From assembly GCA_002070055.1 (NCBI GenBank), contig MWCM01000005.1, forward strand, positions 2,015 through 66,014: a stretch of 64,000 bases of DNA, in the 5' to 3' direction. The notes below the pieces were generated by a model. That model saw nothing but the letters and a program-made list of their open reading frames with translations. It was not told the origin of the DNA and made no database searches. Below, piece after piece: positions 7,377 through 14,828 of the stretch (positions are counted from its first letter, which is position 1; each line of letters begins with the position of its first letter). The translations under genes were made by a program, and so were the position numbers. Source of the DNA: a bacterium ADurb.Bin212. Lineage in GTDB: Bacteria > Patescibacteriota > UBA1384 > XYA2-FULL-43-10.

Positions 7377-9665
7377 TTACTCAAAATGTTTTGAGCTGTT
7401 AAAGACCTCTAATTCATTTTTGATTAGAGGATAAGTATTTTTCCAATTTTCTTCTTTGACAATCATTTCGGAGGTTTTTGTGGCGGCTTGTATCAAATGC
7501 TGATTACTTAAATCTGCAAATTTAAGATTTAAATAACCGCTTTGCTCTAAACCAAATATATCACCGCCACCGCGATTATTTAAGTCCTGCTCTGCTAAAC
7601 GGAAGCCATCGTCAATCTGCTCTAGCGCTTTTAGCCGAGACATAACTTTCTCCGAGTCCGAAGAAGTAAAGAGAAAGCAAAATGATTGGTGTTCGCCTCT
7701 ACCCACTCTGCCTCTAAATTGATGAAGCTGAGCTAAACCAAACCTCTCCGCATCTTCAATCATCATTATGCTGGCGTTCGGCACATCCACACCTACCTCG
7801 ACCACCGATGTGCTAACTAGAATATCAAGTTCAGCAAAAGAGAATTCAGACATGATTTTCTCTTTCTCTTTTGCTTTCATTTTGCCATGCAACATACCAA
7901 TTCTCAAATCTGAAAACACGTTGTTGCTTAGATTCTCGAATTCACCAACCACCGTCTTGCGGTCAATTTCTAACAGATCCATTCCATAATTTTGATTTTT
8001 GATATTTGATTTTTGATCTTCAGAATTCTCATCAATAAGTGGAACAACCACAAAAACCTGCCTGCCCGCTTTAACATGGGCTCTGATAAAATCGTAGGCT
8101 TTTGGGCGGTTTATCTCATCAACCACTCTGGTCTTTATTGGCTTGCGATTTTTAGGCTTCTCTCTTATCACACTTACATCCAGCTCCCCAAACACAATCA
8201 ATTGTAAAGATCGGGGTATGGGAGTAGCAGTCATGGAAAGAAAATGAGGAACCAGACCAGGATTTAGCTTGTTAGCTTGTAGCTTTTTAGGATCAAAGTT
8301 AGCTTCTAACAGTACTCCAGTTCCTTTGTTTTGATCCCTCGAAGCTACTCGGGACAAGTTTTTGATTTTTACACTTTTATTTTCTCTCAGTGCCTGGCGC
8401 TGATTCACTCCAAATCTGTGTTGTTCGTCAACAACAACTAAAGCCAAATTCGGAATCTTTTCCAGAAAGAGTAAAGCATGGGTGCCTATGAGAATCTTTG
8501 GCTTATCAAGGTTTATGCCAGCTCTCAGTTTTTTGTTTGACGATACTATCAGCTCCGCCTCAACATCTTTTGGTAACAAAGATTTAAAAGTCATAAAGTG
8601 TTGTGATGCTAAAATTTCTGTTGGGGCCATTATGGCGGAACTTTTCCCTTCGTTATATGCAGAATAAGCGGCCATCACAGCCAAAACTGTTTTTCCGCTA
8701 CCCACGTCACCGTTTAGCAAACGATTCATCGGAGTATCTGTTGCCAAATCGCCCGCAATATCTTGCCAGGCGCTTTGTTGGTCGGCGGTCAGTGCAAAAG
8801 GCAAATTCTCCATCAACCGCCGCACTGCTTCTGTGCCGGTATTAATTTTTGGGGCTTGATCTTTTTTAAGCTCCTGCTTTATTACCTTACCGCGCAAAGA
8901 TATAAGGAACAATTCATTAAAAGCCATTCTGCTTTTGGCTTCTTCTAGTTCTTGCATATTCTTTGGCTCGTGCAAAATCCTTATTGCCTTATCCAGCGGC
9001 AACAATTCATTTTGTTCAAGAATACCCTCTGGCAAATAATCTTTAATGTCTTCAATTTTATTTATTAGACTTTTTATTAGCTTTGCTATGTAATGAGTAG
9101 TTACCCCATTTGTTTCTCTGTAGACAGCAACAATCTTAGGCCTGTCTGCCCAATCCGGTGATTCCATAACATAATCTTGCCCGAAGGGGTCAAATTTTAC
9201 CTTGCCGTTTAGAATGATTTCTCTACCTAAACCAAGCATTTTAGAGAGGTAGGGTTGATTAAACCAGACTACTTTTATAATGCCCGTTTCATCTTCGACT
9301 ATCGCCTCGGTAACAGTAAAACCCCGCCTGCGCGTTTTTTTATTGGCAATGCCTACAATCCTAGCTTTAATTGTTAAATTGCTAGAATTGTTAAATTGCT
9401 CTCCTGTTATTCCAGAAGAAACCCCAGCACCCTCTTTTGTCACTTTGATGCTTGATGTTTCATTGGTTATTGAATATTGATTATTGGATCTTGCGATATC
9501 CGAAATTTTGCTGATATCGCTATAGTTCAAATACTTCCGCGGAAAATAGTAGATTAAATCACCAATCGTCTCTACGCCCATTTTAGCCAATTTCTTGGCT
9601 GTTTTCGGCCCCACCCCGGGCAAATACTGCACCGGAGTATCAAATTTTTCTTTCTGTGTGTCCAC
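7377..9665 (-). CDS. recG: ATP-dependent DNA helicase RecG (with low-complexity insertions)
   Basis: HhH LPGVGPKTAKKL at the N-terminus, Walker A DVGSGKT, DEQHRFGV (DExH), and FRGRVGRG motif VI. Insertions encoding NIKNQNYG and similar. Confidence 0.9.
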   Translation of the reverse strand: MDTQKEKFDTPVQYLPGVGPKTAKKLAKMGVETIGDLIYYFPRKYLNYSDISKISDIARSNNQYSITNETSSIKVTKEGAGVSSGITGEQFNNSSNLTIKARIVGIANKKTRRRGFTVTEAIVEDETGIIKVVWFNQPYLSKMLGLGREIILNGKVKFDPFGQDYVMESPDWADRPKIVAVYRETNGVTTHYIAKLIKSLINKIEDIKDYLPEGILEQNELLPLDKAIRILHEPKNMQELEEAKSRMAFNELFLISLRGKVIKQELKKDQAPKINTGTEAVRRLMENLPFALTADQQSAWQDIAGDLATDTPMNRLLNGDVGSGKTVLAVMAAYSAYNEGKSSAIMAPTEILASQHFMTFKSLLPKDVEAELIVSSNKKLRAGINLDKPKILIGTHALLFLEKIPNLALVVVDEQHRFGVNQRQALRENKSVKIKNLSRVASRDQNKGTGVLLEANFDPKKLQANKLNPGLVPHFLSMTATPIPRSLQLIVFGELDVSVIREKPKNRKPIKTRVVDEINRPKAYDFIRAHVKAGRQVFVVVPLIDENSEDQKSNIKNQNYGMDLLEIDRKTVVGEFENLSNNVFSDLRIGMLHGKMKAKEKEKIMSEFSFAELDILVSTSVVEVGVDVPNASIMMIEDAERFGLAQLHQFRGRVGRGEHQSFCFLFTSSDSEKVMSRLKALEQIDDGFRLAEQDLNNRGGGDIFGLEQSGYLNLKFADLSNQHLIQAATKTSEMIVKEENWKNTYPLIKNELEVFNSSKHFE
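7990..8018. repeat. TTTTGAT/ATTTGAT heptamer tract in frame inside recG
   Basis: TTTTGATTTTTGATATTTGATTTTTGATC. Encodes QKSNIKNQNYG on the minus strand. Confidence 0.6.
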
Positions 9666-9672
9666 AATTATG

Positions 9673-9703
9673 CTTAATCCTTAATTCTGTATTCTTAATT
9701 CTC
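9673..9703. repeat. TTCTTAATTC-type repeat immediately upstream of the recG start
   Basis: CTTAATCCTTAATTCTGTATTCTTAATTCTC. Confidence 0.5.
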
Positions 9704-9783
9704 TATTCCATTTCGCTTTTTGCATAATACATTTTGCATTTTGCATTAAGCATTGTATTAATTATACCCTCAAGCTCCGTAAA

Positions 9784-9812
9784 TTGACAAACTTTGATTT
9801 TTATTATATAAT
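9784..9812 (+). promoter_or_regulatory. consensus sigma70-type promoter TTGACA-N17-TATAAT upstream of the Lnt-like gene
   Basis: Exact TTGACA (9784-9789), a 17-nt spacer, exact TATAAT (9807-9812). Followed by a leader with a 12-bp inverted repeat (CCTTTGAGCCTA...TAGGCTCAAAGG) and AGGAGG 6 nt before the ATG at 9975. Confidence 0.5.
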
Positions 9813-9974
9813 GATATAATTCGCACGCAGCGAAGTGTGTTTTTTGTGTACCTTAACAACTTTTCCTTTGAGCCTAATTAGGAATTAGGCTTTAGGTCTT
9901 AGCTTTTTTGGATAACCTAATTTCCAGCTAGGCTCAAAGGAGTAAAAACAAATCCCCTCAGGAGGGACGCCGCC

Positions 9975-11288
9975 ATGATCGAAACACTGCACATCGCGGC
10001 CGCCTTGGCGGCCATCCTGTCGTTTCACGTCGCATTCAGGTGGGAGAAGGCGGGCGGGCTGATTGTTGTGTACATGGCCTGCCTCTTCTTCCTAACCGGA
10101 GTCCCCGACCCCTTGCGGGCGGGGACGTTGGGCATGGCCATCGGGTTGGGCACTGTGCCCTTCCAGATGTGGTTTATGCTCAGATTCCTGGGAGGGAAGG
10201 CGCTTGGCCTGTGGCTCTACATGAGCTCACTGCCGGCGATCTTTCTCCTGCTGTCCTCGTACCTTAGGGGCAGCCACGAACTTATGGTGCTCGCTGTCCC
10301 CTTCGTTTGGAGCATCATCGAAGTGGGAAGGAGCGAGTGTGGCAGGTTGCGCTACAGCTGGCTCATACCGGCTCATGCGCTTTCCGCTAGGCCGTGGATC
10401 AAGCTCCTCGGAGCAGGTGTCTACGGTTTCAGCTTCCTCGTCATGGCAGCCCTTGCGCTCTGCGCGGTGCTGCCGGCCTACCTCTGGCCGGTCGTCGTTG
10501 GGGCAGCCCTTGGCGCCTTGATCGTTCGGCAGAGCCCCTTCTGGACGCATAAGCACCTTCAGGTGGCCGGCTTCCAGATTGAGGCAGGCGTGGACGGCGG
10601 CACGGGCCTGCGTTTTGCAGGATACGACGAAATCCTGCGCCAACTCCACCGCTGCCTCCACCGCCACCCCAACGCCGAACTGGTAGTGGCACCCGAGTAC
10701 GCGCTACCAGACCAACCCGAGGCAATGCTTCTGGCATGGTGCCGAAAGTTCGGCAAGTGGCTGCTTATCGGCGGCCGGGAACACCTTGACGACGATGGCG
10801 GGTTCAGAAACACCGCCTATCTCGTCTCCCCCCTCGGAGAGGTATTCCGGCAGGGCAAAATGGTGCCCATACCCACGGCACCGGACGGTCTGCCCGCCAC
10901 CGAGCAGAAGCCGCTTCGTAACTCCTTGGGCACTCTTGGCATCTGCATCTGCTACGACCTAAGCTTCGCCTCGGTCGTAGCACCGCTCGTTGAGAGTGGT
11001 GTGCAGGCGCTGGTGGTGCCATCAATGGACCTTGCGGAGTGGGGTCCGCACGAGCACCGGCTTCACGAGAAGTGGGCGAGGATTATGTCCTACGTCTACT
11101 CCTTGTCGGTGTTCCGTGTGGTCTCCTCCGGCCAGTGCCAACTGGTTGATTGCGGAGATGTCCTTGCGGTCAGCCAGGACGGCACCATCGGCGACAACTT
11201 GCCCATGCACTTGGGCGAAGTGCCTACCGACTGGAGGATCCTCCGCCACCTCCTTCCTCCGCTCGTGCGCGCGCCGAGTGAGGAGTAA
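9975..11288 (+). CDS. lnt: apolipoprotein N-acyltransferase (Lnt)-like: polytopic N-terminal domain plus C-terminal CN-hydrolase domain; high-GC
   Basis: About 6 TM helices, then a nitrilase-superfamily domain. Candidate catalytic residues are Glu in LVVAPEYALP, Lys in FRQGKMVPIP and Cys in LGICICYDLSF. Visibly GC-rich relative to the flanks. Confidence 0.7.
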   Translation: MIETLHIAAALAAILSFHVAFRWEKAGGLIVVYMACLFFLTGVPDPLRAGTLGMAIGLGTVPFQMWFMLRFLGGKALGLWLYMSSLPAIFLLLSSYLRGSHELMVLAVPFVWSIIEVGRSECGRLRYSWLIPAHALSARPWIKLLGAGVYGFSFLVMAALALCAVLPAYLWPVVVGAALGALIVRQSPFWTHKHLQVAGFQIEAGVDGGTGLRFAGYDEILRQLHRCLHRHPNAELVVAPEYALPDQPEAMLLAWCRKFGKWLLIGGREHLDDDGGFRNTAYLVSPLGEVFRQGKMVPIPTAPDGLPATEQKPLRNSLGTLGICICYDLSFASVVAPLVESGVQALVVPSMDLAEWGPHEHRLHEKWARIMSYVYSLSVFRVVSSGQCQLVDCGDVLAVSQDGTIGDNLPMHLGEVPTDWRILRHLLPPLVRAPSEE

Positions 11289-11312
11289 CAACTTCTGCGC
11301 ACAGAACACGGA

Positions 11313-11352
11313 AGCCCCGCTCTACCTCGTAGAGTGGGGCTTCTTGCTTTTC
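11313..11352 (+). terminator. intrinsic terminator after the Lnt-like gene
   Basis: GCCCCGCTCTAC-CTC-GTAGAGTGGGGC hairpin followed by TTCTTGCTTTTC. Confidence 0.5.
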
Positions 11353-11392
11353 TATCTTGATTTTTTCGGTGATTGTGTTAATATGCGGTTAC

Positions 11393-11640
11393 TTGCAAGA
11401 GGTTTGAGGGCGGCGCTTCGGCGGCATCTCCAGCGGTAGCCTTGGCATCACAAAGGACATCCGCACGAGCTAAGTTTGCTCGGGAGGCCCAAGTAAACCG
11501 CAGCCATTCCTTTTGCAAGGAGGTCAGCCCGCCTTTCGGGTGAACCGGGGTAGAGAGCGTTGTAGCAATGTTGCTGTTACACCCCGCCAGCACTCATTGC
11601 TGCTCTCTACCCACCTTTTTTAAGTCAAGAGCTAGCGGCT
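11393..11640 (+). ncRNA. candidate structured RNA or leader (GC-rich, promoter-like start, tandem terminators at the 3' end)
   Basis: Promoter-like TTGATT-N16-TAATAT (11359-11386). About 250 nt of GC-rich sequence with long inverted repeats. Ends with a GGGTAGAGAGC...GCTCTCTACCC hairpin plus TTTTTT, and a second hairpin AGAGC-TAGCG-GCTCT plus T8. Class not identified. Confidence 0.3.
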
Positions 11641-11711
11641 CTTTTTTTTGTTTTAAAAATAGATTCCATGTTATGATTTGAATAATAGATCAATTAAATA
11701 GTGAGGTATAA

Positions 11712-12083
11712 ATGCCAGGCGAAACAATCGGACCCGTATTAGAAGCAGAAACAAACAACCCAGAGAAAGAAGAGCAGCCAATAGGTGCTGGACCATATTT
11801 TTTAGCAGGAAAACCAAAAAATGAAAGCTATTTAGGAGATAATACCATAATTACTCTAGCTGTATGGCACGGCACACCGGTTTTAGCTCCCAGCAGCCAA
11901 CTGGATCGTGGCCTAGAGCTAGATGTAACAGTTGCCACAGACGAAAAAGAAGAACTAAGAACCGAAAACGGTGGTTATGATATCGGTGGTATATATAAGC
12001 TGGAAGACGGAGAACTTATCACCAAAAGAGCATACGAAAATAAATACGGCACAACTAATAGAACCGAAGAAATAGCCGCTTAA
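11712..12083 (+). CDS. hypothetical protein (123 aa)
   Basis: ORF with RBS GTGAGGT before the ATG. Followed by a terminator. No motif. Confidence 0.4.
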   Translation: MPGETIGPVLEAETNNPEKEEQPIGAGPYFLAGKPKNESYLGDNTIITLAVWHGTPVLAPSSQLDRGLELDVTVATDEKEELRTENGGYDIGGIYKLEDGELITKRAYENKYGTTNRTEEIAA

Positions 12084-12090
12084 AATTATT

Positions 12091-12119
12091 AAAAAATGAG
12101 CTTTTAAGCTCATTTTTTA
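12091..12119 (+). terminator. intrinsic terminator (ATGAGCTT..AAGCTCAT hairpin plus T-run), potentially bidirectional
   Basis: Palindrome flanked by an A-run and a T-run. Confidence 0.5.
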
Positions 12120-12159
12120 AATTATGTAATTACTTTTGTGATATTTGATATTTGATATT

Positions 12160-13404
12160 TTATTTTTCTATCGTTCCCCCGCCGATCACTTCGTCTCCAA
12201 TAAAAAACACAGCGCTCTGGCCGGGGGTGACGGCTCTCTGTGGTTCATCAAATATTACCTTAATCGTTCCTTGCTTAATTCTTAATCCTGAGTTCTTAAT
12301 CTTGCAACCCACACTTTTCGCCTGTGATCGGATTTTGACTGATAAGTTAGTAGCGGGTAGCGGGTAGTGAGTAGGGACATTGATCCAACTTAAATTAGAT
12401 ACAACCATCTCTTTCTTATAAATCTCGCTATCTTCCCCGACTATTAACCGGTTTTTTGACCGATCAAACCCAGCCACATACAAAGGTTTTTTATCATAAA
12501 GGGATTCCTCGGCTTCTCGCAAAACCTGCGAGTCGCTCGGAATGACAGTATTAACGTTCTTCAGTTCTTTGGTTTCTCGGTTCTTAAGTTGTTGGTTAAT
12601 TCCCCTCCTCTGTCCTATCGTATAATTAATCAACCCTTCATGCCTTCCCACAATATTACCTCCTGTATCAACAATATCTCCTGACTCAATACAGCTGTCT
12701 TTTACCTCATTCTTTAAAAATTCCCGATAATCCGTATTTTGCAAAAAACATATCTCTTGACTCTCTTTTTTTTCGGCAACTGGTAAATCCCATTTTTTCG
12801 CCAGCTCCCTCACCTCTTTTTTGGTTAATTCACCAAGAGGAAAGATTACTTTAGATAGTTGCTCTTGATTAAGCCGGTAAAGCATATAAGACTGGTCTTT
12901 GGAGTTATCGAATCCAGCAAGTAAATGATAAATTGTTGTATTGTTAAATTGTTTTTTATTCGAATAATTAGAATTTGGATATTTATTGGTTATTGCGCCT
13001 TGGTTATTGGTTGTTTCCGAATCTTTGATTCTGGCATAATGTCCTGTTGCCAACTTTGCACATCCAAGTTTCTCTGCCTCACCTATGAGTAGCTTAAATT
13101 TGATCTCCGGATTACAAATCGTGCATGGATTCGGAGTGCGCAAATTTTTGTATTCGGAAACAAAATACTCTACCACTACCCTTTTGAACTCTGCTTCTGC
13201 ATCAATCTCATAGAACGGGATCTTTAGAAACTCTGCCACCTTTCTAGATTCAAGCAGACCATCATCTACGCCATCATGCTTCCACATCTTTAAAAAGAGC
13301 CCGATTACATCGTAGCCCTCATCTTTTAATATTTTTGCTACTGCAGCACTATCTACGCCCCCGCTTAAGGCTACAGCGACTTTTATTTTGGAATTATGAA
13401 TCAT
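12160..13404 (-). CDS. mnmA: tRNA-specific 2-thiouridylase MnmA (with low-complexity insertion)
   Basis: PP-loop VAVALSGGVDSAAVAKIL near the N-terminus, and C-terminal domains typical of MnmA. The longer ORF extension to 13485 runs through mini-repeat sequence, so I prefer the ATG at 13404. Confidence 0.85.
   Translation of the reverse strand: MIHNSKIKVAVALSGGVDSAAVAKILKDEGYDVIGLFLKMWKHDGVDDGLLESRKVAEFLKIPFYEIDAEAEFKRVVVEYFVSEYKNLRTPNPCTICNPEIKFKLLIGEAEKLGCAKLATGHYARIKDSETTNNQGAITNKYPNSNYSNKKQFNNTTIYHLLAGFDNSKDQSYMLYRLNQEQLSKVIFPLGELTKKEVRELAKKWDLPVAEKKESQEICFLQNTDYREFLKNEVKDSCIESGDIVDTGGNIVGRHEGLINYTIGQRRGINQQLKNRETKELKNVNTVIPSDSQVLREAEESLYDKKPLYVAGFDRSKNRLIVGEDSEIYKKEMVVSNLSWINVPTHYPLPATNLSVKIRSQAKSVGCKIKNSGLRIKQGTIKVIFDEPQRAVTPGQSAVFFIGDEVIGGGTIEK
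12274..12305. repeat. TTCTTAATTC-type repeat in frame near the mnmA 3' end
   Basis: CTTAATTCTTAATCCTGAGTTCTTAATCTTGC. Peptide KIKNSGLRIKQG. Confidence 0.5.
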
Positions 13405-13420
13405 GAATAATGAATAATGC
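13391..13420. repeat. family 1-related repeat (GAATTATGAATCATGAATAATGAATAATG) at the mnmA start
   Basis: Same GAATAATGAAT units as the other copies. Overlaps the mnmA start codon region. Confidence 0.5.
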
Positions 13421-13453
13421 AAAATACTATAATTCGCTATTCGCAACCCGTTA

Positions 13454-14266
13454 TTATACTTTTTTCTGCGCGGCAGAAACCACATTCTTCATAAGCATCG
13501 CTACCGTTACCGGACCAATTCCACCTGGCACTGGCGTATAATATGAAGCTTTTTTATAACAAGCCCCATCCACATCACCGGCTAACTTTCCGCCCACTTC
13601 GGTTGTTCCGGCATCAATTAGTACAGCACCCGTCTTGATCATATTTGGTTTAATAATATCGGCCACTCCGGTTGCCGAAATTATAATATCTGCATCAAGG
13701 GTTATTGTGCCCAAATATGGCGTGTCCTTGTAGGCGATTCTAACCTCATTAGCGGTTCTCTCCAACATCCTGGCAATAGGCGAACCAACCAAGAAACCCT
13801 TACCAATAATAGCTACCTTTGAATCTGCCAGATTAACACCGGATCTTTCTATAGCTTGCATTATCGATAAAGTAACAGGAGGGCGGAAATCGCAACTCAG
13901 ATTGCTACAAAACCTAAGTCCATCAACATCTTTTTCTGGAGAGATAATTGAAATAATATCAACAAGATCAAATTTTTTCGGCATCGGAACCTGAACCATT
14001 ACTCCCACGACTTTTTGATTTTCGTTCAACTCCTTGATACGTGTTTCTATCTCTGTTTTTTCGACATTATCAGAATACTTAATTAAGTCAAAATGAATCC
14101 CAACTTTCTCGGCGGCACGTTGCTTGACCTCAATGTAACGAGCGCTGGCGAAATCATCACCGACCCAAATAACAGCCAAGACCGGCTCGACCCCTAATTG
14201 ATCAACCTGAACTTTAAGTTGATCTAAGATTTCATCCCTAATTTTTTTGCCATCAAAGTAATTCAT
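13454..14266 (-). CDS. folD: bifunctional methylenetetrahydrofolate dehydrogenase/cyclohydrolase FolD
   Basis: YIEVKQRAAEKVGI, GKGFLVGSPIARML and PVPGGIGPVTVAMLMKNVV motifs. Start taken at MNYFDGKK. Confidence 0.9.
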   Translation of the reverse strand: MNYFDGKKIRDEILDQLKVQVDQLGVEPVLAVIWVGDDFASARYIEVKQRAAEKVGIHFDLIKYSDNVEKTEIETRIKELNENQKVVGVMVQVPMPKKFDLVDIISIISPEKDVDGLRFCSNLSCDFRPPVTLSIMQAIERSGVNLADSKVAIIGKGFLVGSPIARMLERTANEVRIAYKDTPYLGTITLDADIIISATGVADIIKPNMIKTGAVLIDAGTTEVGGKLAGDVDGACYKKASYYTPVPGGIGPVTVAMLMKNVVSAAQKKV

Positions 14267-14346
14267 GATTCGTAATTCAAACACAAATCTGTAACACAAA
14301 TCTTCACAAATGGGGAATAAATAATGATTGGTGATAATTTGCCTAA

Positions 14347-14760
14347 TTATTTGAGTTGTAATCTCCTCTTATAATCCTCAATTGCTTTCTTTATAGCATC
14401 TGCAGACAATATTGAACAGTGATATTTTTGCGCTGGTAATTTTCCCAGACTGTCATTAATGTCGTCACGGGTAATCTTTTCAGCTGATTCTAAACTCTTT
14501 CCCTTAGCCAACTCCGTCATCATACTACTTGCTGCAATAGCCGCAGCACAGCCAAGAGTTTTAAACTTAATATCAGAGATGTAATCTTCCACTTTTTCCT
14601 TTCCACTTTTTCCTTTTACCTTGCGAGTTTTTATTTTAATAAAAACTCGCATCACGTCTCCGCACTTAAGATTGCCAACTTCACCGACACCATCAGCGTC
14701 TTTTATCTCCCCGACATTCCGCGGGTTTTCAAAATGATCTAAAACTTCTTTTGTATACAT
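14347..14760 (-). CDS. iscU: Fe-S cluster assembly scaffold IscU/NifU-like (with Lys-rich insertion)
   Basis: LKCGDVMRVFIKI and FKTLGCAAAIAASSMMTE, the conserved Cys ligands of U-type scaffolds. Confidence 0.85.
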   Translation of the reverse strand: MYTKEVLDHFENPRNVGEIKDADGVGEVGNLKCGDVMRVFIKIKTRKVKGKSGKEKVEDYISDIKFKTLGCAAAIAASSMMTELAKGKSLESAEKITRDDINDSLGKLPAQKYHCSILSADAIKKAIEDYKRRLQLK

Positions 14761-14828
14761 CTTTTTATTCTAAGTTATTGATTATTGATAATTTGGATAT
14801 TCATCGGTTATTGTTTCTTGAATATTGA

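Noticed and set aside
10040-11439. Many overlapping ORFs on both strands inside the Lnt-like island (10040..10267, 10227..10667, 10441..10737, 10559..10813, 10804..11025, 10990..11439, 11022..11309 and others)
   Set aside because: They are typical stop-codon-poor frames in GC-rich DNA. They are Arg/Pro/Ala-rich with no motifs, and all overlap the well-supported Lnt-like frame.
11490-11640. T-box riboswitch hypothesis for the GGGTGAACCGGGG stretch followed by a terminator
   Set aside because: The antiterminator bulge would need UGGN to pair with tRNA NCCA, but it reads UGAA here. The downstream gene is not an aaRS or amino-acid gene.
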